Below, piece by piece: positions 1 through 12,418 of a DNA stretch of 64,000 bases. How positions within the stretch are numbered: position 1 is the first letter of the stretch; each line of letters opens with the position of its first letter. The DNA lies in assembly GCA_002633005.1 (NCBI GenBank), contig NMRA01001046.1, forward strand, positions 1 to 64,000. The letters are read 5' to 3'. This DNA is from Phoronis australis (Eukaryota > Animalia > Phoronida). Under the pieces are notes generated by a model, which worked only from the letters and a program-made list of their open reading frames with translations, did not search any database and was not told where the DNA came from. Position numbers and translations under genes: made by a program.

Positions 1-1873
1 TTCAGGACTATGAACTTCCCAAGTCGTTGATTTAGGTTAGACATATCGTACCGCAATGTTGAAAAACGTCAATCGCGTGTTTGTTGCCGATCATTACTAG
101 AGGTACGGTACACCACAGGGCAGTTTACGCGACTTGCGATATCGACGTTACATCGCAACGTATATGTAGAAATGTTATATGCGTTCAGCGTGGGCATCGC
201 CATTCGCTGATATCAAGTTTGTGCATTTGTTCAACCATTTCCATGCACCAAATGAAAGTGAGGAAATTCAGTCGAGTACATGGACTGTAGAGCTATTAGT
301 AGTCATCCGTAAATTTGGCAAATCAAATGCAATCTTGGTGGAGAACGGCACAAAATAAAGCTATTATTTCCAACAGCGAGCCGGGTAACTAGAGACGCTG
401 CAACAGTTGAATTCATTTAATTATGACCGACAGTCAGGCTCACTTTATTAGAAATGCGTATGCCGCGATGATTCTTCTGCTAGTTTGAGAACTGGACACA
501 GGAAATGAATCATTTTGCCGGAAGAAGGATTTTTGATAGGGTAGTTAACCTCGGGCTTGAACGCGTTTCGTCTCATCCCTAATATTTACTTCACCAACAC
601 CACCTCCGCCAGACCTCTACTGTAGAAGTCTACACCTCACGAGCATTGGAACACTCACATTTCACCTGGCAGAGGAAGGTTACCGGCCCATGGCAAATAC
701 ATGCCCGCACCCACCAGGTGCAACGTGTGCGAATGTATGCTCTTTGTCTACTTTTCGTTGTCAACTAGTGGAAAAACGAAGATTTTAGTATTGTCAGCAG
801 CTTTGTGGTCAGGTCAAATTACACACGGCAACCGCGTGCGATGGGAGGGCCTCATTTCTCTGGGCACGTGCCCTAAATGAACCCTAATATCGATATTATT
901 ACCAAATTTTGTTCGATTTAAATGTAAAGAAAAAACATTCATTTTTGTTGTATCCATATTTTGATTCATGAAAACACAAAAATTCGTACTTCTTGATAGC
1001 TATTCACAGAAAAGTGGAAAATTTTGAATACAACTCCTACTAGGATATTGGAGAACAGTACTCAAAACATGTTTATGGAAGTTTCAAATGATAATGAATC
1101 CGATCCGTCATTGCCGTCATTAGCTATCTCAGCTTCACATTATAGACACAAAAGTTGACGTCATTTTCTTTCAATTTCCTTAGCTTTTGTCTTGGTATGA
1201 TCCTGCAGAATACCTGAGAACGCGAGTTCAATTAACGAAGTTTCCGGTAATGGGTTACTCGACTGCCAATTTCGTCAACACACATTTCATGTATTTTTAT
1301 ACCTTTAGGAGCAGTGTCTCAGTTAAAATGAGAGTCGAGAAGTCAGGCTCTAATAATCAACCTTGAACACTGTCAATATCCATTTCCACGAAAATTTTTT
1401 TTTTTTCTTTTTCGTTAATGTCGAGTGAAATAAAAATAAATCGTAACGTCGAATGAAGTATAGAGTTCTTTATCTGACGACGATTGCGTCGTCAAATCCT
1501 GCAGTCCCAGTTTGGTCCGGTTACTTCACCCCCCAATTACATGCCGGGTTAGGGTATGAAATACCAATCTTAGGGCCAACCACGACTTACCTTTGGGACC
1601 TCAAGACTCCCGAGATGTCCGGAATACTCATGAGATAACAAAAGTATAATTTCAACCAATCACGTGCCACCGGTTATGATTTTTACCGATGAGTACCATA
1701 CTCGTGGGCCTCCAAACTAAGCATAACGTTCCCCGAAGCACAGCGACCACTAGGCCTATCGTGTTTTGTCACCATGGCACAATCAAGGGTCAATCGCACT
1801 GGAACCACACAATGCAACCCCCTAGACTTTCCCCCCAAAAAACACTTAACAATGCCAGCATTGCAATTCATAA

Positions 1874-1879
1874 TTTATT
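1874..1879 (-). terminator. Candidate polyadenylation signal (AATAAA) of the FAM174-like gene
   Basis: tttatt on + = AATAAA on -, followed on the minus strand by a G/T-rich tract (gtgttttttgggggg). It ends a ~4 kb non-coding stretch that is T/G-rich on the minus strand. Other AATAAA copies exist (e.g. 2378-2383). Confidence 0.3.
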
Positions 1880-4800
1880 TTTAACAACAATCCCAGTTTG
1901 GTTTTCATTTAGTTCATACATGTAAGCGGCTTTTTCAAAATATAGAAAAAACGGAGCCGGTCGAAGTCATCTAGCTAGGCAAAGCTTTAAGTTTGCATCG
2001 GTTTCAAAATCAAGCACAGTAAATAAAATCAGAATTCTAAACAACAACAAAATACTAAAATATAAAACAACAATGAAATTCATCAAACACAAAATCTACG
2101 GGAATGCATAATTGACAAGATGCCCTTGCAAAGACTGTACGTTCGACACTGTTGGAATCATTACCCTTTGTTTGAATTGAAATTCGTTACTATACATCGC
2201 CTGGAATACTATCTCATGGCAGTGACACTGAACTTGCTGGTTTGAAGTACGACTGACAGTCCTCAGCCTACGGATCATTTCTAAATACATGTACGAGTAT
2301 AGAACAAGTTGAGACCAATTTTACAACTTTACAGTAAGTGCCCTAAATCAGACGTTGGCCTTTGACCACAGAATGGTTTTATTGAATTTAAAAACGGCAG
2401 ACAACATCACTCAATGGTGACTAACACCTGGAACCACTGGCACTTTCAGTTGTGTGGCCGACCACAGGATTGAGAACGAGGTTTTCAATTATTGTCTGAC
2501 GTGGGCTGCTGGAAACTAGATGTGCAGAAAATGATCGACCACTGTAAAAATGGGATACTGGTAACAGACCTTGGCGTGTGGGACCATGCCACTGGTAAAA
2601 TATAGTGGCGTAGGGGACATTTTTCAAAGATTGTAGCAAACGGCGACTTTCAAATATCGAGGAATAACACGTCTTCCCGCGCGTCTCATTACACATGCTC
2701 CACCTGAGTAAGTGTTCCCCGTGACAGAACAGCAACCAAGATATGCTTTTGTAGACCATAGGTTACTAGTCTCTTCACAACCCCATGTCTGAACCCACAA
2801 TAAAACAGCTAGGTGTACTTCATGCACAAGACTGCCAGTTTCAGGTGGCACGATACTGTTCCTCTGTCAAGTCTACCATTCTGGGCTTTGCTATTCAAAA
2901 CCAACAAGGGGTAATAAAACAATAAGCCAGGGTCATAAACCATTTGTTAAACTGTGTTTACTTATATGGACCATTTGGGACAATTGTGTGATTAAGAGCA
3001 GGGCTAACACAGAAACCTCATCACTGACCTTGCATGACAACATCAAAAGGCCTATTGTGCATGAGCAACACCCAGGATTTACAACCATGTGCAAACTTTT
3101 AAGCCATCACCTCGACTAGTTACCCCTCCAAGACCAAAATGTACAAACTGATATAAACCTTATCCTACGAAGGCTACTGAACTTGAACAAAAAGGTTCTA
3201 ATCCTTGGTAAAAAATGCACGGTTGTCCAATCAGGCGCATTCAATTTCATTTAAATACATGTACTATACTAACAACACATCAGAAGCAACCTGGTAAATC
3301 CTACCAATGGCAAGTTATGCTAATTGTTCTTTAACCCAATTGTTCCTTTCTACATATCATGTTGCACTCCATAGAAAACAACCTCTCCTACTATGTACAG
3401 GTTCAAGTTTCAAAGCTATGCAATGGAATATTTATACATACAAAATCCTCAAACCCTCGCCTACACCAACAACAACTAGAACAAGATTTACTTAGGTTCC
3501 TGAAATTTTCCAACAATTCAAGTTCAAAATAATTTACTACTAACACTGAAGTTCCATTCAATTTCTATAAAATATTCACACGATAATGCATCATGCATGC
3601 CAAAAATGAATGCCGCTTTTGTTTATAAATGTATTCAATCTCACATCCTGTACACCAAGAATGAAAGAGGGCATTTCTAGGTCTGGACAAGGAAAATAAT
3701 TTGCACAAACATTTATGTCAGTGAACACGAATTACTTAACATTTTTAATTGGGAGCCTCGGTAATTTTGGTCACCTATGCATACCTGTACAAAACAAAAG
3801 TATTAAAAGTAATAACACAAAATACCATTTCCGGGCACGACAGGAAATGGTAAAAAGGAGCTGTTAATTACTACTATGGGTTTCATAACCTTGCTAAATT
3901 TGCTGAAAATTTTTCTCCAGTTTCAGCTGTGAGGGTAGGCAACTCAGACAATGAATTCACTTCTGCCCAGCCTTCACCATGGGGAAATTCCGTGTCATTT
4001 TGTCTGAAAACCTTTGACCTGTATTGCACATTTAACTCCCATCACCCACACACTTAGACAGCACTAGTTATAAATGTAATCTATTCTAACACTTGACACA
4101 AGTAAATCAGTGTTTAATGTGACGTTATGGCAGCTACCCAGAAATTGGTAATTTGTAAATGGACTGGCAAGAGTAATTTTCGTAATTTCGAAAAAATCTG
4201 CAGAGCCACAACTATCGAAATTTTGTTGAGAACTTGTCAAAAGGCAAAGAATAGTCACTGTTTTGTGCGCCAAAACTGTGTTATTGCGTCACTGTCCAGT
4301 TTATTTTGAAACCCCCTGCAGGACTAAGAACACTTCGAGACAAGTTCTGCTGTAAACTTGCCTTTTGTAGAAAAATTGGTACAGACAAGGTACCATTATA
4401 CACTTAGACTCAGACTGGTCCTGGGCACAAGATTTGGCTGATGACCAGTGCTTGAGACAACATGTTGGCTTGAACTGGCAGCTCAGTCTATGTGTGAAGC
4501 AAAGCCTCTAACAATAACAACAAATCCCTCTCTCTTAGTCCATAAACCACAGTAAACTATCTAAACTGTAATTTGGGACCACAACACTTTTGAAGTCATG
4601 ATGACAACAACTCATCCAGTCACACTAAACTCTTACATACTAGTACTTAGAATTTTAAATTATTTCAACAAAGGTGCCCATAAATGGTCTTTTCAATACT
4701 TAATTAATTTCACAAGAACAGCTTTAGAATCAACATTCTAAGCTTACAGTCATTTCACATCCACATATGGCACTATACTTCCACACTGAGATGCTCAGTT

Positions 4801-5740
4801 CATTTATATTGAAATAAGTGCACCCTCCGAAAAACAGCCCCCTTGGGGATCAGCTTAGCGTAAAATTACGCGGGTAAAAAATGCCCTCCTCTGCTTTAAG
4901 TAAACAGGGTCTTCTGGTTGTGAACCTTGAATTTTTCTTTTGCCAATTTCCAAATTTGTAAGACACAGGACAAAAGGAATTGTAAAAAACAGTGTTTCCT
5001 CATCGAGACCAGGTAATGACAGTGATGACAGGTCATTCTAGTTGATGAGGAGTTCTGCTGGCATCCAGAAATGCTGACGGGGAATCCCGCTGGCACTCCG
5101 CCACCATGATGAGTAATTCTGGGTAATTTTGTCCGATTATTTTAGAGTGCACGATAAGAAGCCAAGGTAGGACATTTACAACAAATAGCAGTTCACCTTT
5201 AGCACCACCAAAAGTCAACAGTTCATAAGCGGGAATGTACTGGAATTCGCAAGAAGTTCCCGCAAGCAAAAAATGTGCAACTCGTCACGATTGACGGATA
5301 AGATGCATGTGCTTCTTCTTAGGATGACAATGTAAAAACTCGGATAAACGCAATAGGAACGGAAAGTGTGACGTCAGCTTACAAGGGTAGTCTAGAAGAT
5401 TCCACTTTAGTTGTAACCCTTGGCATTTCTCTACAGGAATGCATAATAGGTCAAACGTTTAACTGGAAAATCACCAGTTCAACTCTGTTTTAGAACATAC
5501 GTGGTCAATATGTGAATTTGAGTGCTTCACAGGTCCATGAGCTTCAGATTCTAAAACGTTAAATTTATCAAATTTGTCAGTTTGAACAATTAGCGCATGG
5601 GAATAAGTCACCATCATGTTGTTTGCCATCAAAAGGAGGAGTTGCTGAGGGCATAACATAATCACTTTCCATCTCTAGTGGTGAATCCGCTTGCAAACAA
5701 GCTTCTGTAGTTAAGAGGAAAAGTATTCAGGCACTTTCAC

Positions 5741-5792
5741 TTAAGTTCGGTAAAGAAGTCTCAGTTCAGAGTCAGTATAGACTTCGAGTTGC
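5741..5792 (-). CDS. FAM174: Candidate terminal coding exon (variant b) of FAM174-like gene, (R)QLEVYTDSELRLLYRT*
   Basis: Strong acceptor gtatattgttttctacag|G on the minus strand; in frame with the phase-2 donor at 7492; ends TAA. May be a UTR exon only. Confidence 0.4.
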
Positions 5793-5950
5793 CTGTAGAA
5801 AACAATATACACAGTTCCAAAGTAGCAGCAACTACGAAGAAATAGACCTCCTCTGTTGTGAATTGAGAAAAATAAATGAGACATTGTAGCAATGTACTTG
5901 AATGGGATTTCACAATGTCTTCATCTAGTCCACTCATAGTCCTCTTTTGA

Positions 5951-5963
5951 TCATCTCCCTATC
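5951..5963 (-). CDS. FAM174: Candidate terminal coding exon (variant a) of FAM174-like gene, (R)IGR*
   Basis: Acceptor tcgttgctcactttcag|G ATA GGG AGA TGA; in frame with the phase-2 donor at 7492. Confidence 0.35.
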
Positions 5964-6134
5964 CTGAAAGTGAGCAACGACACAGTGAATCAACACGAAA
6001 AAGTCTTATGCTACTTTGGACAGTGAAACAAACAGGTTACTCAATTCAGAGGAGATAAAAGTTTTAAAATCATTAAATTTCAATAGGTTTTCTCGAGAAA
6101 GATGAATACTCAATTTTTGGCAATGGTCAGATGT

Positions 6135-6209
6135 AACACGCCAATATTTTGAGAACCAGTCAAATGCCCGTTATTCAGTGGAGAAAACTGGTTTCCAAAA
6201 CGTGGGCAT
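6135..6209. mobile_element. ~85-bp fold-back mini-MITE, copy 1 of 3
   Basis: ttttgagaaccag...ttattcagtggagaaaactggtttccaaaa; the same core occurs at 8837-8923 and 10660-10755. Confidence 0.6.
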
Positions 6210-6411
6210 CCCAAAAGAGATTGACTTCTTGACTACCAAATATGTTCCCATTTCATTTGTACATGGATCTTGTCATACAATGCAAAGGTTCAATAGACAT
6301 AGCACAAGGCTATGTTATTTTTCATCAGGCTTTGTTAGTGATGGGGTACACTGTAGAAAATCTCATCAGTGCAAACAAAATGCAGTCCACAATACATCAG
6401 AAATGCAATCT

Positions 6412-6849
6412 ACCCACAAACAGATCACAGGTCAGACCTCCCTCTAACTAGGAAAAGACCACAGGTCTGACCTCCCTCTAACCACAAACAGATCACAGGT
6501 ATGACCTCCCTCTAACCACAAACAGACCACAGGTCTGACCTCCCTATAACCACAAACCCATCAAAAGTCTGACCTCCCTCTAACCACAAACAAACCACAG
6601 GTCTGACCTCCTCTAACCACAAACAAATCACTAGTCTGACCTCCCTCTAACCACACACAGATCAAAAGTCTGCCCTTCGCTAACCACAAACAAATCACTG
6701 GTCTGACCTCCCTCTAACCACAAAAAGATTAAAATTCTGACCTCCCTCTAACCACAAACAAATCACTAGTCTGACCTCCCTCTACCCACAAACAAATAAC
6801 TGGTCTAACCTCCCTTTAACCACAAACAGATCACAGTCTGACCTTCCTC
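6412..6849. repeat. 34-bp minisatellite, about 13 copies
   Basis: Consensus aaccacaaacagatcacaggtctgacctccctct repeated head to tail; one more unit at 7409-7444 beyond an insertion. Confidence 0.95.
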
Positions 6850-7408
6850 TCTCACTGGTTCCATGCACGCCGCTAGGTGGTCAGTAACCAACATGCAGGT
6901 ATCAGTTAATTTTCCTCGGAAAATCCTTTTACACTGGCATTTCTGATTGGCTGGTCGAATTCTCAACAGGCAGCGCTTTACGCAAACAAACTGGCATGAC
7001 TGATGGACTGCAGTGTAAATGTGGTCTGTTGTACATGTTCAGGATATGTGAATCCTAGGAATTGAGGTTGCGCCTTTAAGGTGTGCATCTTTTTACTGTC
7101 AATGACTTTTGTTTACGATACTGTTCTGAATTCATACAGTATGAATGCCACAGGTTAAATCAGCCACTGTGTTTACTGTATGTATGTGTTTCAAGCACGC
7201 CCCTATTACACAACAGTGCAGAAACGAAATAGTTGCCGCCACGCAAGTTGCATGACAAGGCTAAGAATCGTTCGCAGTCCGCCATTTTTTCACCGTGTTG
7301 AAAAGCTAACCAATGACTGCTGAGGTTACATCGACCAATGCTAATGCGTATACCACTGCGTGATACCTGCGTACTGGCTCAGGCTAGGCATGTAGGGAAC
7401 CAGCGACA
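6850..7408. mobile_element. Non-autonomous DNA transposon (MITE) with 8-bp TSD (hAT- or P-like), inserted in the minisatellite
   Basis: Imperfect TIRs tctcactggttccatgcacgcc...gcaggtatca / tgatacctgc...ggcatgtagggaaccagcgaca; flanks ccttcctc (6842-6849) and cctccctc (7409-7416). Confidence 0.75.
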
Positions 7409-7478
7409 CCTCCCTCAAACCACAAACGGACCACAGGTCTGACCAAAAATCACTTACTATGTATTGTACATTCAGACG

Positions 7479-7617
7479 CTATTTAAGTAACCTAGCCCGG
7501 CCGTTGGTTTCAAACACCGTCATGTCGTCATCTTCGTCATCGAGGTCAAGGGGTTGAAGTTCAAGATTATCTGCTGAGCTCACGATCCCGTATTTCTTTG
7601 TCTTGCGGCGTCTCATC
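7479..7617 (-). CDS. FAM174: FAM174-like protein, coding exon 2 (cytoplasmic tail)
   Basis: Acceptor tttgtttttacag|G continues exon 1 in phase 2. Encodes RMRRRKTKKYGIVSSADNLELQPLDLDDEDDDMTVFETNGRAR(LLK*), matching the FAM174 tail pattern (RRRKTRKYG...ELxPL..DDEDDD.T.F). Ends at stop 7481-7479 or splices at AG|GTTACT (7492). Confidence 0.9.
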
Positions 7618-7639
7618 CTGTAAAAACAAAAAACAACCA

Positions 7640-8583
7640 ATTCTCANTATATAGATATAGCCATGAGCGCAAAAAAAAACAAAACTGCCACTAGGAGACA
7701 CCACAGTAGTCAAACTGGTTGGAAATTCAATGTCAGTTGTTCACTTTATAGTAAAAACATACATGCTCATTTTTACAACTATCCTGAAAGCGGTTTGGTT
7801 GATAGACGAGTGAATGCCAAAAAACAGACTCGAAAACAGTAAAAATGGCCACTAGGGGGGGCAAACTAGGTTGTATCCACCTAAACACAGAGAGGTAGAA
7901 TGACTTCATTAGGATAAGCCAAATTTTATGAAAATATGTTGAGGACCTTTGAATATACAGAGGTAAATGTAAAAAATAAAATTGCCACTAGGTGGCACAA
8001 CAGTAGTCAGGTCTGTCAGAAAGTCATCATCTTCCTTTGCTAACATCATATAAATATACTTACTAAATTTAGTAAAGATCCTGCAAACGGTTTAGGAGAT
8101 ACAGCCATAGGTGTAAAAAATCATAACTGCCACTAGGAAGCGCCACAGTGGTCAAAGTCGTCGGAAAATCATCGTCAGCCGTCCACTTCATAACAAGAAC
8201 ACACATGCCAATTTTTACAATCATCCTTTGAGCAGTTTGGTTGACTCAAAACCAGTAAAAATGGCCATAAGTGGCGCAAACTAGGTCAAATTCGTCCAAA
8301 AACGGAAGGATCGCGTCACTTTACTAACAGGTGCCTATATACCAAATTTTATGAGAATCCGTTCACGACTTTCGAAGATACAGAGGTAAACGTAAAAAAC
8401 TACAATTGCCACTAGGGTGCACACCGGTAGTCGGATCCGTCCAAACGTTCGCTCATGCCCTCCCATCCACATGTATGAAATTTCATGAACATACGCCGAG
8501 GCGTTTTGGAGACAGAGCAGCCGACGCCAGTCGGAGATGACAGCATAATGTGTCCACATATAAATATGTGGGCGCATAAAAAG
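7640..8583 (-). mobile_element. Helentron-associated (HINE/DINE-like) non-autonomous element with ~145-bp internal tandem repeats
   Basis: Terminal hairpin atgtgtccacatat-aa-atatgtgggcgcat (8548-8577) next to an A-run; six diverged units starting aaa(a/c)tg(g)ccactagg at ~7681, 7843, 7978, 8125, 8259 and 8405, arranged ABC-ABC. Confidence 0.7.
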
Positions 8584-8836
8584 CAATATTTCATTTCTTC
8601 CTAGAACCAATATAAAGTCTTTACGACTTTTACGTATACAACACAAGCTACCAACTCACAAAGTTTCAGATAAGAATAAGTACTTGCAACAGTGCTTGAA
8701 GCCCTTTGAAAAATGTAAGAGATTTAATTCCCCAATAATTCATGTCTGAAATTGACAACATTTTAAACTAATTGCAGCATTTCCTTATTTTCACACCTGC
8801 ATGCTGGCACATGCCAAGAACCATAGACAACAATCT

Positions 8837-8923
8837 GATATAATATGCCCCTATTTTGAGAACCAGTTGATCTCCATTATTCAGTGGAGAAAACTGGTTC
8901 ACAATACATGGACATGTAATATC
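8837..8923. mobile_element. ~85-bp fold-back mini-MITE, copy 2
   Basis: gatataatatgccc-ctattttgagaaccag...tctcca-ttattcag-tggaga...ctggttcacaata-catggacatgtaatatc. Confidence 0.65.
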
Positions 8924-10659
8924 CAACTATTACTGAACCTTATGCACATCTGAAACAACAGCAACAGGTGATGTCCTAGATCAGAATTTGCTCAACTGTA
9001 GCTGAAGTGTTTCACAACTGAACAAATAAGGCTTTGCAGAAAATTAGAATCAGGACGTGAATTAGCAAGTTTAGTGGGGAAACACCTCACCAACATGAAT
9101 TTAGGACGCAATTGAGTGAAATTTTATATTTTAATTAAAAAAAAAAAGATTATGAGAAACAGCTCTAATAACTTGCTTTATCAGTTTTAGAGATCTATAC
9201 CAAACAACATCTTGCAATGATACTGAGAAATTGTGGGAAAACACCACTATTGGCAATTATTGTTGTCTGAAATCACACAATTTTACTGTAATAGGACTGC
9301 TTTGTTGTTCTTTAGCCATATATGCAGATCTAATTCCAAGTTTGTCAGATAATGGCAAAATGATGAAAGAGCTGAATGCAATCATAATCAGTAATTTATT
9401 TCATTGGTGTCATATTACTTTTTCCACATTATATTATCCAGTCATGACCGATTACATGCAACGGAAAACACACCAGTTTGACGAAAAATAATGAAAAATA
9501 TGAGGATGATTTTTCATTTTTCAAAGACTGTTTGCATTTTTATAAATGGCTGCCAAACCTTTGACTGATGGCAGCTGAAAATTGAAACCACAGCGTCATG
9601 TGATCCTACCATTTGTCAATCAAGCAAGTTGTCCTGTGACCATGCCATGCTATCAACCACATCAAAAACCACAAAGTAAACACCCACTGATTTGGAATCT
9701 TAAGAGCAGCAAAACACAACTTCCACTGAGCCTTACTAGTAATTTGTTCACTGAGGACAAATATATGCATATATCGCGCCAAGCGCTATCTTCACTGTGA
9801 AACCCATTTCTTGCTCAGAGTTACTGTTGTTGAGATGAATGTTCTTTTATCAACATGTTCCTTGAATGTGCTGAATTCTGTTGAATTGTGCTACAAATAG
9901 CATTTTTTTGTATGATCAACATGACATTTACAACGTTTATTTCGCCAATAGTTCAAAAACTAAATAGCTTTGGGGCTCAATCAGATACAAGATGGCGCTG
10001 TGGTGATCGTTTTTCAAATGATTTTTGCAAAGCTCAAGCTCTCTGGAGTGATTTTTGGACACAACCTTGTAAAATTTGGAACGGTAAAAGACCCCTTTGA
10101 GTGCTCTTTGCAGTGCCTTATTGTTTTTTCATTACGTCTTATACAGTTCTTGAATTATTTACGAATTACTATCTTCTAATTTGACAAATGCTCTCTTATT
10201 GTGTAATTTTAATGATTATCATGATCTATTGGTGTACCAGGCTCGTGGTCATTTGCGTTGTTGGTTTCGTCGACCTGTTACGTTTTTATAATTTCCACGA
10301 TTCATGTTAGAAAAATGCAGTTATGGGTCAATTGACCAACAGAGCCCCAAATTTATGGGTCAGTCTTGAAGACCTAAGCCATTCGATCATGAATCCGCAG
10401 GTTATTCTTGCATTATTTACATGCTTTAGCGTGTGTTTAACCCTCCTCCAATAGATGTACCTATAGCATCATGGCCCCTACATTCAGCTTCTTATAGAAA
10501 CCTTATCACAGGCAAGATTATTTCTAGGCCTTTCTTGCACTGCCATGGTGAATTTATGTTTGAAATGCATTTGCATGAGAAGGAACACTAACTGTGTTGG
10601 TTTTTACTAATAAATAGTGAGTTTATTACCTACACCGATGCAAAGCTGGGCAACAGTCT

Positions 10660-10755
10660 TGATATAATGTGTCCGTAGTTACTAGTAGGGAATCAGTTGA
10701 TGCTCGTTATTCAACTGGAGAAAGCTGGTTCTCAAAATGCAAGCACGTTATATTA
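10660..10755. mobile_element. ~85-bp fold-back mini-MITE, copy 3
   Basis: gatataatgtgtcc...ttattcaactggagaaagctggttctcaaaatgcaagcacgttatat. Confidence 0.6.
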
Positions 10756-11767
10756 GAATATTACCGGAAAGCTGGTGAACCCATTCAATAACAATGTGGA
10801 GTCAGGAATGGGTGACCTTATCAAGACCACAAGCCTCCTCAGCATCTGATCGTCCCCAAGACACTACTACACTTGGTATGACACTCGAGACTAGAAATTC
10901 CACAGGTGCTTTACTTCAGCAGTCCACATCAAACACAAAACTTAATAGATTTATGCAAAATAAGGGCTCGACAAACCATGAGCAGTTGTTCTTCCTTCTA
11001 ATGCCATTTACGGTGTCCTGTCCCAGCGAGTTCGCAACAAATCTGTGGTCAAAGCACAAAAATCTTCCCAAAAAGCAACATTACTCCAGGGGCATGCTGA
11101 TTGGGGGGCTTTCCAATTTGTTTCCATTTGTCCAATCATCATGAATGTGAATTAATTATTGTATTTGGTTATTGTATTGAGTTTGAGGGTAAACGTAAAC
11201 ACTGCAGTGTGAACTGCTTCATCAGTTTACTCTGCCTCTACTTTTGCTGTTATTAGTTGATGTAAGCATTCTGAAGATGTTGCGAGGGGCCTTATGAGCA
11301 TGGGCATTAGATGATGCCGAATGGGCCGGTTTATGCTTTTCGCTTTGCCGTGAATGTTAGCAATTGAACTAGGAAAATCTGCTGGTGTTGTTTTTATTTG
11401 CTTCGATGTCAACAAATGGAAGCGGTGAACGTGTTGCTGTCACATATAAAATGTTTGAGTTAATTTACTCTCAGATTTGACAGGCTTGGAGTTATTCCGG
11501 ATGTGACTGCCAGACGGCCATATTTAATAGCAGTTGTGTACCCCTCTCTATACAGTCGAGGGATAGTTAAAGGTGCCTGTAGTTGAACCTGTTTTGTATA
11601 AATTAATCAATTGAGTTTCAAATGCGTTTCATATGGACAGCTGAAGTGAAGCACCTGTGCATGGAATTTCATTCCCATGTACCTCTGTTGTAGTATATTG
11701 TTGAAGATGTGCTTCCAGTGAAACATATGAGCCTCTGTTAGCTACTCGCTAACGGGAAATTGACTAT

Positions 11768-11935
11768 AAACTGAATGGTTAGCACGGTTGCTAGTTTTAT
11801 GGGGGTCACTGGTTCCATTCCCGGGTCGGGTAAACTCGGCTATTACTAGAATATTGTGAGCTGGGGACAATGAGAAACTGAGGATGGCTGTGATCAAGAC
11901 AAATAAAATCTATGAGTAAGCCTAGGTTGTTGTGG
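11768..11935 (+). mobile_element. Degenerate tRNA-derived SINE remnant
   Basis: A-box-like gaatggttagcacggttg and B-box-like ggttccattccc followed by gggtcggg-taaactcggc; boundaries approximate. Confidence 0.4.
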
Positions 11936-11950
11936 GTAAAAGTGACTTAC

Positions 11951-12348
11951 CGCCAATACTTCACTCCAAAATATATCACAACAATGCCTGTGACTCCCAT
12001 TAACACGTACAGTGTTCGTTTTATCATTTCGAAATTTTCGTGCCAGAACTTGTCGATCTCGCCCATTATTCCATGGTAGTCGACGGCACAGTCCGTAGAG
12101 TTTGAATTTGTGCAGTTCTGATTTCCAGGCACGGTGGAATTGTTTTTGGGAATCTGTTGATTATCCGTGGTTTGTGCTGTAGCAGCTGCAGTCCGCTTTG
12201 ACGACGTCATTGTCGTGGAGTCCACGTCAGCGCTTGTTGTTTTAGTCGCTGCCTCGACTCTGACAGATCCATGTGCGACAGCACACGCCAAAATAACGAA
12301 CGATACAAGAACAGACGTGCAACAAAGTGTTCTAACCATTGTGTCCAT
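11951..12348 (-). CDS. FAM174: FAM174-like (FAM174A/B-type) type I membrane protein, coding exon 1
   Basis: ATG at 12348; signal peptide (TLCCTSVLVSFVILACAVA), Thr/Asn-rich lumenal region, then MIKRTLYVLMGVTGIVVIYFGVKYWR transmembrane segment typical of FAM174; donor CG|GTAAGT. With exon 2 it gives ~178 aa. Confidence 0.92.
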
Positions 12349-12403
12349 CGTTTTACAAAGAATATGCTAGCGCAACAAACAACAACAACTACATGATCTA
12401 AAA

Positions 12404-12418
12404 CCGGAAGTCACATGA
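12404..12418. promoter_or_regulatory. Proximal promoter of FAM174-like gene: ETS site (CCGGAAGT) overlapping an E-box/M-box (GTCACATGA)
   Basis: ccggaagtcacatga lies 56-70 bp upstream of the start codon. Confidence 0.5.

Noticed and set aside
81-5665. Short ORFs (60-112 aa) from the ORF track in the first 5.7 kb, and antisense ORFs overlapping Ig exons
   Set aside because: No splice-consistent structure or protein motifs; the lengths are expected by chance or are shadows of real exons.
6412-6849. CRISPR-like array (34-bp repeats)
   Set aside because: Units are contiguous with no unique spacers, the context is eukaryotic and there are no cas genes; it is a minisatellite.
9500-10310. Possible decayed coding sequence on the minus strand in the FAM174 intron
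   Set aside because: Multiple stops and no recognisable domain.
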